A stretch of 64,000 nt of DNA from Malacoraja senta. Lineage: Eukaryota. The DNA is taken from contig JAXLNO010000329.1 in the NCBI GenBank assembly GCA_038087875.1, positions 62,001 to 126,000 of the forward strand. Direction: 5' to 3'. Both the position numbers and the translations under genes were made by a program. Position 1 is the stretch's first letter, and every line of letters begins with the position of its first letter. Shown one piece after another: positions 37,801-52,317 of this stretch. Under the pieces are notes generated by a model, which had not been told where the DNA came from, ran no database searches, and was given only the letters and a program-made list of their open reading frames with translations.

Positions 37801-40800
37801 CCTTTGATTTTGACCCTTTGACCATTTGACTGACCCTTTGTCGCTGACCCTTTAACTCTGATCCTTAGACTCTGACCCTTTGACTCTGAACCTTTGACCA
37901 TGACCCGTTGACCCTTTGACCGCGATCATTTGACTCTGACCCTATGACCCTGACCCTTTGACTCTGACCCTTTGACCCTGACCCTTTGACTGATCCTTTG
38001 ACTCTGATCCTTTGACTGACACTTTGACTCTGACTCTGTGAATCTGACACTTTGACCCTGTGACTCTGACCCTTTAACTCTGACCCTTTGACCCTGAACC
38101 TTTGACCCTGACTCGTTGACACTGACCTGTTCACCCTGAACCTTTGACTGACGCTTTAAGTCTGACCCTTTGACTCTGACCCTTTGATTTTGAACCTTTG
38201 ACCCTGACTCGTTGACACTGACCCGTTGATCCTGATCCTTTGTCTCTGACCCTTTGACCCTGACCCTTTGACTGATCCTTTGACCCTGACCCTTTCACTC
38301 TGACCCTTCGACTGTGACCCTTTAATTCTTACCCTTTGACCATGACCCTTTGACGCTGACCCCTAGACCCTGACCATTTGCTTATGATGCAGGCTTTGAC
38401 TGACCCTTTGACTCTGACCCTTTGACTGACCCTTTGTCTCTGACCATTTGACTCTGACCCTTTGACTCAATGACTCTTTGACCCTTTGACTCTGACCGTT
38501 TGATACTGGCTCGTTAACTGACCTTTTGACTCTGATTCTTTGACCCTTTGACACTGACCCTTTGACTCTGACCCTTTGACTGACCCTTGGACTGACCCTT
38601 TGACTGACCCTTTGCCTCTTTGACCCTTTGACTCTGACCCTTTGACTGACCCTTTGACCCTGGCCCCTTGACTGAACCTTTGACTCTGACTCTTTGACCC
38701 TTTGAAACTGACCCTTGGACTGACCCTTGGACTCTGACCCTTTGACTCTGACCCTTTGACCATTTGACTCCAATCTTTTGACCCTTGGACTCTGACCCTT
38801 TGACTCTGAACCTATGACCCTTTGACCCTGAAATTTTGACTGACCCTTTGACTCTGAACCTTTGAATCTGATTCTTTGACCCTGACCCTGTCATTCTGAG
38901 CCTTCGACCCTTTGACTGACACTTTGACTCTGACTCTGTGAATCTGACACTTTGACCCTTTGAATCTGACCCTTTAACTCTGACCCTTTGACCCAGACAC
39001 TTTGACCCTGACCCTTTGACCCTGACCATTTGACTCTGACCCTTTGATTCTGAACCTTTGACCCTGACTCGTTGACACTGACCTGTTCACCCTGAACCTT
39101 TGACTGACGCTTTAAATCTGACCCTTTGACTCTGACCCTTTGATTTTGAACCTTTGACCCTGACTCGTTGACACTGACCCGTTGATCCTGATCCTTTGTC
39201 TCTGACCCTTTGACAGATCCTTTGACCCTGACCCTTTCACTCTGACCCTTCGACTGTGACCCTTTAATTCTTACCCTTTGACCATGACCCTTTGACGCTG
39301 ACCCCTTGACCCTGACCATTTGCTTATGATGCCGGCTTTGACTGACCCTTTGACTCTGACCCTTTGAATCTGACAATTTGACCCTTTGATTCTGACCCTT
39401 TGACCACTTGACTGACCCTTTGTCGCTGACCGTTTAACTCTGAACCTTTGACTCTGACCCCGTTGATTCTGACCCTTTGACCCTATGATTCTGACCCTTT
39501 GACCATTTGACTGACCCATTGTCGCTGACCTTTTATCTCTGGCCCTTTGACTCTGACACTTTGACTCTGACTCTTTAACTCTGACTGACCCTTTGACCCT
39601 GAACCTTTGACTCTTACCCCTTGACTCTGGCCGTTTGACTCTGACCCTTTGTCCCTGAACTTTTGACTCTGACCCGTTGACTCTAACACTTTGACCCCTT
39701 GACTGTGATCCTTTAACCTTGACCCTTTGACTCTGATCTTTTGACCATTTGACTCTGACCCTTTGACTCTGTCCCTTTAACACTGACCCTTTGACTATGA
39801 CCCTTTTACTCTGAACCTTTGACCCTGACCATTTGACCCAGACCCCTTGACTATGACGCTTTGACTGTGAAGCTTTGACCCTGCCCTTTGACCCTGAGAC
39901 TGACCCTTTGACCATGACCCTTTGACCCAGTCCCTTTGACTCCGACCCTTCGACCCAGACCCTTTGACACTGACCCTTTGATTCTGACCCCTTTACAGAC
40001 CGTTTGAATCGGACACTTTGACCCTTTGTCTGACCCTTTGACTCTGATCCTTTGAGCTTGACCCTTTGACTGACCCTTTGACTCTGACCCTTTGTCTCTG
40101 ACCCGTTGACTCTGACCCTTTGAACATTTGCTCTGACCCTTTCACTCTGACCTTTTGACTCGTACCCTTGCCTCTTTGACCCTTTGCCTCTGACTCTTTG
40201 ACTCTGACCTTTTGACTCTGACCCTTTGACTCTGACCATTTGACTCTGACCCTTTGACTCTGACCAATTGACCATTGGACTCTGACCGTTTGATACTGGC
40301 TCGTTGACTGACACTTTGACTCTGACTCTTTGACCCTTTGACTGACACTTTGAATGACCCTTGCACTCTGACCCTTTGAATGACCCTTTGCCTCTTTGAC
40401 ACTTTGCCTCTTTGACCCTTTGACTCTGACCCTTTGACTGACCCCTTGACTGACCATTTGACTCTGACTCTTTGACCCTTTGACACTGACCCTTTGACTG
40501 ACCCTTGGACTCTGACCCTTTGACTCCGACCCTTTGACTGACCCTTTGAACCTGACCCTTTGACTGACCCTCTGACTGACCCTACGACCCTTTGACCCTG
40601 AACCATTGACTCTGACCCTTTGACTGACACGATGAATCTGACACTTTGACTGACCCTTTGACATTGACCCTTTGACTCAGACCTTTTGAATCTGACCCTT
40701 TGATTCTGAACCTTTGACCCTGGCTCGTTTACACTGACCCGTTGACCCTGACCCTTTGACTCTGACCCTGACCCTTTCACTCTGTCCCTTTGAACCTTTG

Positions 40801-43800
40801 ACTCTGACCCTTTGACTGACCCTTTGATCATGACCCTTTGACCCTAACACCTTGACCCTTACCTTTTGACCCTGACCCTTTGCCTCTGACCCTTTGAATC
40901 TGACACTTTGACCCTTTGATTCTGACCCTTTGACCATTTGACTGACCCTTTGTAGCTGACCCTTTAAATCTGACCCTTTGACTAACCCTTTGACACTGAA
41001 CCTGTGACCCTGACCCGTTGACCGTGACCATTTGACTGACCCTTTGAATCTGACCCTTTGACTCTGACCCTTTGACCCTGACCCTTTGACTCTGATCCTT
41101 TGATTCTGACCCATTAACTGACCCTTTGACTCTGACCCTGTGAATCTGACACTTTGACTGACCCTTTGACTCTGACCCTTTAACTCTGACCCTTTAACTC
41201 TGACCCTTTGACCCTGACCCTTTGACCATGACCATTTGAATCTGACCCTTTGTCTATGACCCTTTGCCTCTTTGACCCTTTGACTCTGACGCTTTGACTC
41301 TGACCCTTTGACTCTGACCCTTTGAGTCTGATCATTTAACTCTGACCCTTTGACTCTGACTCTTTGACCCTTTGACTCTGAGCCTTTGACTCTGACCCTT
41401 TGACCCTGACCCTTTGACCATGACCATTTGAATCTGACCCTTTGTCTATGACCCTTTGCCTCTTTGACCCTTTGACTCTGACGCTTTGACTCTTTGACTC
41501 TTTGACTCTGAGCCTTTGACTGACCATTTGACTCTGACCCTTTGACTCTGACCCTTTGACTCTGATCATTTAATTCTGACCCTTTGACTCTGACTTTCTG
41601 ACCCTTTGACCCTGACCCTTTGACTTTATCTCTTTGACTCTGAGATCCTTTAACCTTGACCCTTTGACTCTGACCTTTTGACCATTTGACTCAGACCCTT
41701 TGACTCTGACCTTTTGACTCTGACCCTTTGACTCTGACCATTTGACTCTGACCCTTTGACTCTGACCAATTGACCATTGGACTCTGACCGTTTGATACTG
41801 GCTCGTTGACTGACACTTTGACTCTGACTCTTTGACCCTTTGACTGACACTTTGAATGACCCTTGCACTCTGACCCTTTGAATGACCCTTTGCCTCTTTG
41901 ACACTTTGCCTCTTTGACCCTTTGACTCTGACCCTTTGACTGACCCCTTGACTGACCATTTGACTCTGACTCTTTGACCCTTTGACACTGACCCTTTGAC
42001 TGACCCTTGGACTCTGACCCTTTGACTCCGACCCTTTGACTCCGACCCTTTGACTGACCCTTTGACTCTGACCCTCAGACTCTGACCCTACGACCCTTTG
42101 ACCCTGAACCATTGACTCTGACCCTTTGACTGACACGATGAATCTGACACTTTGACTGACCCTTTGACATTGACCCTTTGACTCTGACCTTTTGAATCTG
42201 ACCCTTTGATTCTGAACCTTTGACCCTGGCTCGTTTACACTGACCCGTTGACCCTGACCCTTTGACTCTGACCCTGACCCTTTCACTCTGTCCCTTTGAA
42301 CCTTTGACTCTGACCCTTTGACTGACCCTTTGACCCTAACACCTCGACCCTTACCTTTTGACCCTGACCCTTTGCCTCTGACCCTTTGAATCTGACACTT
42401 TGACCCTTTGATTCTGACCCTTTGACCATTTGACTGACCCTTTGTAGCTGACCCTTTAAATCTGACCCTTTGACTAACCCTTTGACACTGAACCTGTGAC
42501 CCTGACCCGTTGACCCGTTGACCGTGACCATTTGACTGACCCTTTGACTCTGACCCTTTGACTCTGACCCTTTGACCCTGACCCTTTGACTCTGATCCTT
42601 TGATTCTGAACCATTAACTGACCCTTTGACTCTGACCCTGTGAATCTGACACTTTGACTGACCCTTTGACTCTGACCCTTTAACTCTGACCCTTTGACCA
42701 TGACCATTTGAATCTGACCCTTTGTCTATGACCCTTTGCCTCTTTGACCCTTTGACTATGACGCTTTGACTCTGACCCTTTGACTCTGACCCTTTGACTC
42801 TGACCCTTTGAGTCTGATCATTTAACTCTGACCCTTTGACTCTGACTCTTTGACCCTTTGACTCTGAGCCTTTGACTGACCATTTGACTCTGACCCTTTG
42901 ACTCTGACCCTTTGACTGATCATTTAATTCTGACCCTTTGACTCTGACTTTCTGACCCTTTGACCCTGACCCTTTGACTTTATCTCTTTGACTCTGACAC
43001 TTTGACTCTGACCCTTTGACTCTGACCCGTTGCCCTGACTCTATGACCCTTTGATTCTGACCTTTTGACTCTTTGCCTTTTTGACTGACTCTTTGACTGA
43101 CCCTTTGATTCTGACCCTTTGACTGACCGTTTGAATTTGACCCTTTGACTGTCCCTTTGACTGACCCTTTGACTTTGACCCTTTGTCTGACCCTTTGAAT
43201 CTGACCCTTTGACTCTGACCCTTTGACTGAACCTTTGACCGACTCGTTGACACTGACCCGTTGACCCTGAACCTTTGTCTCTGACCCTGACCCTTTCATT
43301 CTTACCCTTTGACCATGACACTTTGACGCTGACCCCTTGACCCTGACCATTTGCTTTTGACCCAGGCTTTGACGTTGACCCTTTGAATCTGACACTTTGA
43401 CCATTTGATTCTGACCCTTTGACTGACCCTTTGACTCTGACCCTTTAATTCTGACCATTTGACCCAGACACTTTCACCCTGACCCTTTGACCCTGACCCT
43501 TTGACTCTGACCCTTTGACTCTGACCCTTTGACTCGGAACCTTTGAATCTGACTTCGACCCTTTGATTCTGACCCTTTGACTGACCCATTGTCGCTGACC
43601 CTTTAACTCTGGCCCTTTGACTGACACTTTGACTCTGACTCATTGACTCTGACTGACCCTTTGACCCTGAACCTTTGACACTTACCATATGACTCTGGCC
43701 GTTTGACTGACCCTTTGTCCATGAACGTTTGACTCTGACCCGTTGAGTCTAACCCTTTGACCCCTTGACTGTGATCCTTTAATCTTGACCCTTTGACTCT

Positions 43801-46800
43801 GACCTTTTGACCATTTGACTCAGACCCTTTGACTCTGACCCTTTGTCCCAGACCCTTTGACTCTGACCCTTTGACAGACCCTTTGACCGTTTGACTCTGA
43901 CTCTTTGACTCTGAACCTTTGACTTTGACCTTTTGACTGACCCTTTGTCTCTGACCCGTTGACTCTGGCCCTTTGAACATTTGTCTCTGACCCTTTGACT
44001 CTGACCCTCTGACTATGACCCTTTGACTCGGACCCTTTGCCTCTTTGACTCTGACCCTTTGACCCTGACCATTTGACTCTGACCCTTTGACTCTGACCGT
44101 TTGATACTGGCTCGTTGACTGACCGTTTGACTCTGACTCTTTGACCCTTTGACACTGACCCTTTGACTCTGACCCTTTGACACTGACCCTTTGACTCGGA
44201 CCCTTTGAATGACCATTGGACTCTGACCATTTGACTGACCCTTTGCCTCTTTGACCCTTTGACTGACCCTTTGACTCTAACCCTTTGAATCTGTCCCCTT
44301 GACTGACCCTTTGACTCTGACTCATTGTCCCTTTGACACTCACCCTTTACTCTGACCCTTTGACTCTGACCCTATGTGTCTGATCATTTAACTCTGACCC
44401 TTTGACTCTGACTCTTTGACCCTTTGACTCTGATCCTTTGACTCTGACTTTGACTCTGAACCTTTGACTTTGGCCCTTTGACTGACCCTTTGTCTCTGAC
44501 CCGTTGACTCTGGCCCTTTGAACATTTGTCTCTGACCCTTTGACTGACTCTTTGACTCTGCCCCTCTGACTATGACCCTTTGACTCGGACCCTTTGCCTC
44601 TTTGACTCTGACCCTTTGACTGACCCTTTGACCCTGACCATTTGACTCTGACCCTTTGACTCTGACCCTTTATCTCTCACACTTAGACTCTGACCCTTTG
44701 ATTCTGACTCTGACCATTTGACTGACCCTTTGTCGCTGACCCTTTATCTCTCACACTTAGACTCTGACCCTTTCACTCTGACCCTTTGACCCAAGCACTT
44801 TCACCCTGACTCTTTGACCCTGACCCTTTGACTCTGACCCTTTGACTCTGGCCCTTTGACTCGGAACCTTTGAATCTGACACTTCGACCCTTTGATTCTG
44901 ACCCTTTGACCATTTGACTGACCCATTGTCGCTGACCCTTTAACTCTGACCCTTTGACTGACACTTTGACTCTGACTCTTTGACTCTGACTGAACCTTTG
45001 ACACTTACCCTTTGACTCTGGCCGTTTGACTGACCCTTTGTCCCTGAACCTTTGACTCTGACCCGTTGAGTCTAACCCTTTGACCCCTTGACTGTGATCC
45101 TTTAACCTTGACCCTTTGACTCTGACCTTTTGACTCAGACCCTTTGACTCTGTCCCTTTAACACAGACCCTTTGACTATGACCCTTTTACTCTGAACCTT
45201 TGACCCTGACCATTTGACCCAGACGCCTTGACTATGACCCTTTGACTATGAAGCTTTGACCCTGCCCTTTGACCATGACCCTTTGACCTTGACGCTTTGT
45301 CCCAGACCCTTTGACTCTGATCCTTTGATTCTGACCCTTTGATTCAGACCCTTTGACTCTGACCCTTTGACTCTGACCCTTTGACTCTGACCCTTTGACT
45401 CTGACCCTTTGACTGACTCTTTGACTCTGAACCTTTGACTTTGACCCTTTGACTGACCCTTTGACTCTGACCCTCTGACTGTGACCCTTTGCCTCTTTGA
45501 CCCTTTGCCTCTGACCCTTTGACTCTGACCCTTTGACCCTGACCATTTGACTCTGACCCTTTGACTCTGACCGTTTGATACTGGCTCGTTGACTGACCCT
45601 TTGACTCTGACTCTTTGACTCTGACCCTTTGAATGACCATTGGAATCTGACCATTTGACTGACCCTTTGCCTCTTTGACTCTGACCCTTTGACTCTGATC
45701 CTTTGACTCTGTCCCCTTGACTGACCCTTTGACTCTGACTTTGACCCTTTGACACTGACCCTTTGACTCTGACCCTTGGATTCTGAACCTTTGACCCTGA
45801 CTCGTTGACACTGACCCGTTGACCCTGAAGCTTTGTCTCTGACCCTTTGACACTGACCCCTTGACTCTGACCCTTTGACTCTGTCCCCTTGACTGACCCA
45901 TTGACTCTGACTCTTTGACTCTGACCCTTTGATTCTGAACCTTTGACCCTGACTCGCTGACACTGACCCTTTGACCCTGACCCTTTGACTCTGATCCTTT
46001 GACACTGACCCTTCGACTGTGACCCTTTAATTCTTACCCTTTGACCCTGACCCCTTGACCCTGACCACTTGCTTTTAACCCAGGCTTTGACTCTGACCCT
46101 TTGACTCTGACTCTTTGAATCTGACACTTTGACGCTTTGATTCTGACTCTTTGACCCTTTGACTCTGACCATTTGACTCTGACTCTTTGACTCTGAACCT
46201 TTGACTTTGACCCTTTGACTGACCCTTTGTCTCTGACCCGTTGACTCTGGCCCTTTGAACATTTGTCTCTGACCCTTTGACTGACCCTTTGACTATGCCC
46301 CTCTGACTATGACCCTTTGCCTCTTTGACTCTGACCCTTTGACCCTGACCATTTGACTCTGACCCTTTGTCGCTGACCTTTTATCTCTCACACTTAGACT
46401 ATGACCCTTAGACTCTGACCCTTGACCCTGACACTTTGACTGACCCTGTGAATCTGACACTTTGACTCACCCTTTAACTCTGACCCTTTGACCCAGACCC
46501 TTTCACCCTGACTCTTTGACCCTGACCCTATGACTCTGACCCTTTGACTCTGGCCCTTTGACTCGGAACCTTTGAATCTGACACTTCGACCCTTTGATTC
46601 TGACCCTTTGACCATTTGACTGACCCATTGTCGCTGACCCTTTAACTCTGACCCTTTGACTGACACTTTGACTCTGACTCTTTGACTCTGACTGAACCTT
46701 TGACACTTACCCTTTGACTCTGGCCGTTTGACTGACCCTTTGTCCCTGAACGTTTGACTCTGACCCGTTGAGTCTAACCCTTTGTCCCCTTGACTGTGAT

Positions 46801-49800
46801 CCTTTAACCTTGACCCTTTGACTCTGACCTTTTGACTCAGACCCTTTGACTCTGTCCCTTTAACACAGACCCTTTGACTATGACCCTTTTACTCTGAACC
46901 TTTGACCCTGACCATTTGACCCAGACGCCTTGACTATGACCCTTTGACTATGAAGCTTTGACCCTGCCCTTTGACCATGACCCTTTGACCCTGACGCTTT
47001 GTCCCAGACCCTTTGACTCTGATCCTTTGATTCTGACCCTTTGATTCAGACCCTTTGACTGACCCTTTGACTCTGACCCTTTGACTCTGACCCTTTGACT
47101 CTGACCCTTTGACTCTGACCCTTTGACTGACTCTTTGACTGACTCTTTGACTCTGATCCTTTGACTTTGACCCTTTGACTGACCCTTTGACTCTGACCCT
47201 CTGACTATGACCCTTTGCCTCTTTGACCCTTTGCCTCTGACCCTTTGACTCTGACACTTTGACCCTGACCATTTGACTCTGACCCTTTGACTCTGACCGT
47301 TTGATACTGGCTCGTTGACTGACCCTTTGACTGACTCTTTGACTCTGACCCTTTGAATGACCATTGGAATCTGACCATTTGACTGACCCTTTGCCTCTTT
47401 GACTCTGACCCTTTGACTCTGTCCCCTTGACTGACCCTTTGACTCTGACTCTTTGACCCTTTGACACTGACCCTTTGACTCTGACCCTTTGATTCTGAAC
47501 CTTTGACCCTGACTCGTTGACACTGATCCGTTGACCCTGAAGCTTTGTCTCTGACCCTTTGACACTGACCCCTTGACTCTGACCCTTTGACTCTGTCCCC
47601 TTGACTGACCCTTTGAATCTGACTCTTTCACACTGACCCTTTGACTCTGACCCTTTGATTCTGAACCTTTGACCCTGACTCGCTGACACTGACCCTTTGA
47701 CCCTGAACCTTTGTCTCTGACCCTTTGACACTGACCCTTTGACTCTGATCCTTTGACACTGACCCTTCGACTGTGACCTTTTAATTCTTACCCTTTGACC
47801 CTGACCCCTTGACCCTGACCACTTGCTTTTGACCCAGGCTTTGACTCTGACCCTTTGACTCTGACTCTTTGAATCTGACACTTTTACCCTTTGATTCTGA
47901 CCCTTTGACTATTTGACTGACCATTTGTCGCTGACCCTTTAACTGATCCTTAGTCCCTGACCCTTTGACTCTGAACCTTTGACCCTGACCCGTTGACCGC
48001 GATCATTTGACACTGACACTATGACCCTGATCCTTTGACTGACCCTTTGACTCTGACCCTGTGAATCTGACACTTTGACCCTTTGACTCTGACCCTTTGA
48101 CCCAGACACCTTGACCCTGACCCTTTGACCCTGACCATTTGACTCTGACCCTTTGACTCTGACCCTTTGACTCTGACCCTTTGACTCTGACCCTGTGATT
48201 CTGAACCTTTGACCCTGACTCGTTGACACTGAACTGTTCACCCTGAACCTTTGACTGACGCTTTAAATCTGACCCTTTGATTCTGAACTTTTGTCCCTGA
48301 CTCGTTGACACTGACCCGTTGACCCTGAACCTTTGTCTCTGACCCTTCGACTGAGACCCTTTAATTCTTACCCTTTGACGCTGACCCCTTGACCCTGACC
48401 ATTTGCTTTTGATGCAGGCTTTGACTCTGACCCTTTGAATCTGACACTTTGACCCTTTGATTCTGACCCTTTGACTGACCCTTTGTCGCTTACCCTTTAA
48501 CTCTGACCCTTAGACTCTGACCCTTTCACTCTGAACCTTTGACCCTGACCCGTTGACTCTGACCCTTTGATTCTGACCCTTTGTCGCTGACCCTATAACT
48601 CTGACCCTTTGATTCAGGCCCTTTGACCATTTGACTGACCCATTGTCGCTGACCCTTTATCTCTGACCCTTTGACCCTGAACCTTTGACTCTGGCCGTTT
48701 GACTCTGACCCTTTGTCCCTGAACTTTTGACTCTGACCCGTTGACTCTAACCCTTTGACCCCTTGACGGTGATCCTTTAACCTTGACACGTTGACTCTGA
48801 CCTTTTGACCATTTGACTCTGACCCTTTGACCGTTTGACTCTGTCCCTTTAACACTGACCCTTTTACTCTGAACCTTTGACCCTGACCATTTGACCCAGA
48901 CCCTTTGACAGACCGTTTGAATCTGACACTTTGACCCTTTGACTCTGACTCTGATCCTTTGACTTTGACCCTTTGACTGACCCTTTGTCTCTGACCCGTT
49001 GAAAATTTGTCTCTGACCCTTTGACTCTGACCTTTTGACTCTGACCCTTTGACTCGGACCCTTTGCCTCTTTGACCCTTTGACTCTGACCCTTTGACTCT
49101 TTGACCCATTGACTCTTTGACCCATTGACTCTTTGACCCATTGACTCTTTGACCCATTGACTCTTTGACCCATTGACTCTTTGACCCTTTGACTCTGACC
49201 GTTTGATACTGGCTCGTTGACTGACACTTTGACTCTGACTCTTTCACCCTTTGACACTGACCCTTTGATTCTGACACTTTGACTGACCCTTGGACTATGA
49301 CCCTTTGACCCTGAACCTTTGACTGACCCTTTGACTGACACGATGAGTCTGACACTTTGACTGACCCTTTGACATTGACCCTTTGACTCTGACCCTTTGA
49401 TTCTGAACCTTTGACCCTAACTCGGTGACACTGACCCGTTGACCCTGAACCTTTGACTGACCCTTTGACTGACCCTTTCACTCTGTCCCTTTGAACCTTT
49501 GACTCTGACCCTTTGACTGACCCTTTGACCATGACCCTTTGACCCTAACACCTTGACCCTGACCCTTTGCCTCTGACCCTTTGAATCTGACACTTTGACC
49601 ATTTGACTGTCCCTTTGTCGCTGACCCTTTAACTCTGACCCTTTGACTCTAACCCTTTGACACTGAACCTTTGACCCTGACCCGTTGACCCTTTGACCGT
49701 GACCATTTGACTCTGACCCTATGATCCTGACCCTTTGACCCTGACCCTTTGACTCTGACCCTGTGAATCTGACACTTTGACCCTTTGACTCTGACCCTTT

Positions 49801-52317
49801 GACTGAGCCTTTGACCCAGACAATGTGACCCTGACCCTTTGATCATGACCATTTGAATCTGACCCTTTGTCTATGACCCTTCGCCTCTTTGACCCTGACG
49901 CTTTGACTCTGACCCTTTGAGTCTGATCATTTAACTCTGACTCTTTGACCCTTTGACTCTGACCCTTTGACTCTGATCATTTAATTCTGACCCTTTGACT
50001 CTGACTTTCTGACCCTTTGACTCTGACCCGTTGCCCTGACTCTTTGACCCTTAGATTCTGACCCTTTGACTCTGACCGTTTGAATTTGACTCTTTGACTG
50101 ACCCTTTGACATTGACCCTTTGACTGACACTTTGAATCTGACCCTTTGAATCTGAATCTTTGCCTCTGACGCTTTGACTTTGACCCTTTGACTCTGACCC
50201 TTTGACTCTGACCCTTTGTCTGTCACCCTTTGACTCTAACCCTTTGCCTCTGACCATTTGACCCTTTACTGACCCTTTGACGATGACCCTCTGACGATGA
50301 CCCATTGAATCTTTGACCATTTGACTCTGACCGTTTGATACTGGCTCATTGACTGGCCCTTTGACTTTGACCCTTTGACACTGACCCTTTGACTCTGACC
50401 CTTTGACTGACCCTTTGCCTCTTTGACCCTTTGCCTCTTTGACCCTTTGACTCTGATCCTTTGACTCCGAACTTTTGACCCTTTGACTCTGACCCTTTGA
50501 ATCTGAACCTTTGACACTGAACCTTTGACTCTGACATGCTGAATCTGACCCTTTGACTGACCTTTTGACATTGACCCGTTGACCCTGAACCTTTGACTCT
50601 GACCCTTTGACCCACCCTTGGACTCTGACCCTTTGACTCTGTCCCTTTGACACTTTGACTCTGACCCTTTGACTCCTTGACCCTTACCTTTTGACCCTGA
50701 CCCTTTGAATCTGACACTCTGGCCCTTTGATTCTGACCCTTTTACCATTTTACTGACCCCTTGTCGCTGACCCTTTAACTCTGACCCTTTGACTCTGACC
50801 CTTTGACACTGACCCGTTGAACCTTTGACCATGACCATTTGACTCTGACCCTATGACCCTGATCCTTTGACTGACCCGTTGACCCTTTGACTCTGAGACT
50901 TTGACTGACTATTTGACTGACCCTTTGACTCCAAGCCTTTGAACCTTTGACTGACCCTGACCCTTTGACTTTGTCTCTTTGACTCTGACCCTTTTCCCTG
51001 ACTCTTTGAGCCTTTGAATCTTTGACTCTGACTCTTTGACCGACACTTTGACTCCGACCATTTCTCTGAACCTTTGACTGACCATTTGAATCTGACCCTT
51101 TGACTCTGACCCTATGACTCTGACCCTTTGACCCTGACCCTTTGACTTTGTCTCTTTGACTCTGACCCTTTTCTGACCCTTTGACTCTGATCCTTTGACT
51201 CTGACCCTTTGACCATTTGACTCCGAACTTTTGACCCTTTGACTCTGACCCTTTGACTTTGTCTCTTTGACTGACCCTTTTCTGACCCTTTGACCCTTTG
51301 ATTCTAACCCTTTGACCCTTTGACTCTGACTTTGACTGACCCTTTGACTCTGACCCTTTGACTCTGACCGTTTGAATCTGACCCTTTGACTCTGACCCAT
51401 AGACTCTTTGACCGTTTGATACTGGCTCATTGACTGACCCTTTGACTCTGACTCTGACCCTTTGACACTGACCCTTTGACTCTGACCCCTTTGACTCTGA
51501 CCCTCTGACTGATCTTTGACTGACCCTTTGACTCTGACCCTTTGACTCTGACCCTTTGACTGACCCTATGACCCTGAACCTTTGACACTGACCCTTTGAC
51601 TCTGACCCTTTGAAGCTGAACCTTTGGCTATGACCCGCTGAATCTGACCCTTTGACTCTGACCTTTTGACTCTGACCTTTTAACTCTGACCCTTTGACTC
51701 TGACCCTTTGACCCTGCCTTGTTGACACTGACCCGTTGACCCTGAACCTTTGACTCTGACCCTGACGCTTTGGCTCTGACCCTTTGACTCTGTCCCTTTA
51801 ACACTTTGACTCTGACCCTTTCACTCTGACCCTTACCTTTTGACCCTGACCATTTGACTCTGATCCTTTGACTCTGATCCTTTGAATCTGACTTTGACCC
51901 TTTGATTCTGACCCTTTGACCATTTGACTGACCCTTTGTCGCTGACCCTAACTCTGATCATTTGACTCTGACCCTTTGACTCTGACTCTTTGACCCTTTG
52001 GCTGACCCTTTGAACCTGACCCTTTGACTTTGTCTCTTTGACTGACACTTTGACTGACCCTTTTCCCTGACTCTTTGACCCTTTGATTCTGACCCTTTGA
52101 GTTTGACTCTTTGACTGACCCTTTGACTCTGACCATTTGACACAGACCCTTTGACTGACCTTTTGACTGTCACCCTTTGACCCTTTGACTCAGACCATTT
52201 ACTAACCATTTGACTCTGACCCTTTGCCTCTGACCATCTGACTCTGACCCTTAGACTCTGACCATATGACTCTGACCATTTGACTCTCACACTTTGACCA
52301 TTTGACTCTGACCCATT
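22820..52317 (+). repeat. TGAC-word satellite, segment 3 (~29.5 kb) with internal tandem duplications
   Basis: Same vocabulary and orientation; ends abruptly at the TG of the LTR end (52318). Confidence 0.97.

Noticed and set aside
256..52290. Numerous minus-strand ORFs encoding KGSESKGQSQRVRV-like peptides (up to 414 aa)
   Set aside because: The minus strand of the repeat words has no stop codons, so all three frames stay open and give the same low-complexity peptide; there is no frame preference and no domain
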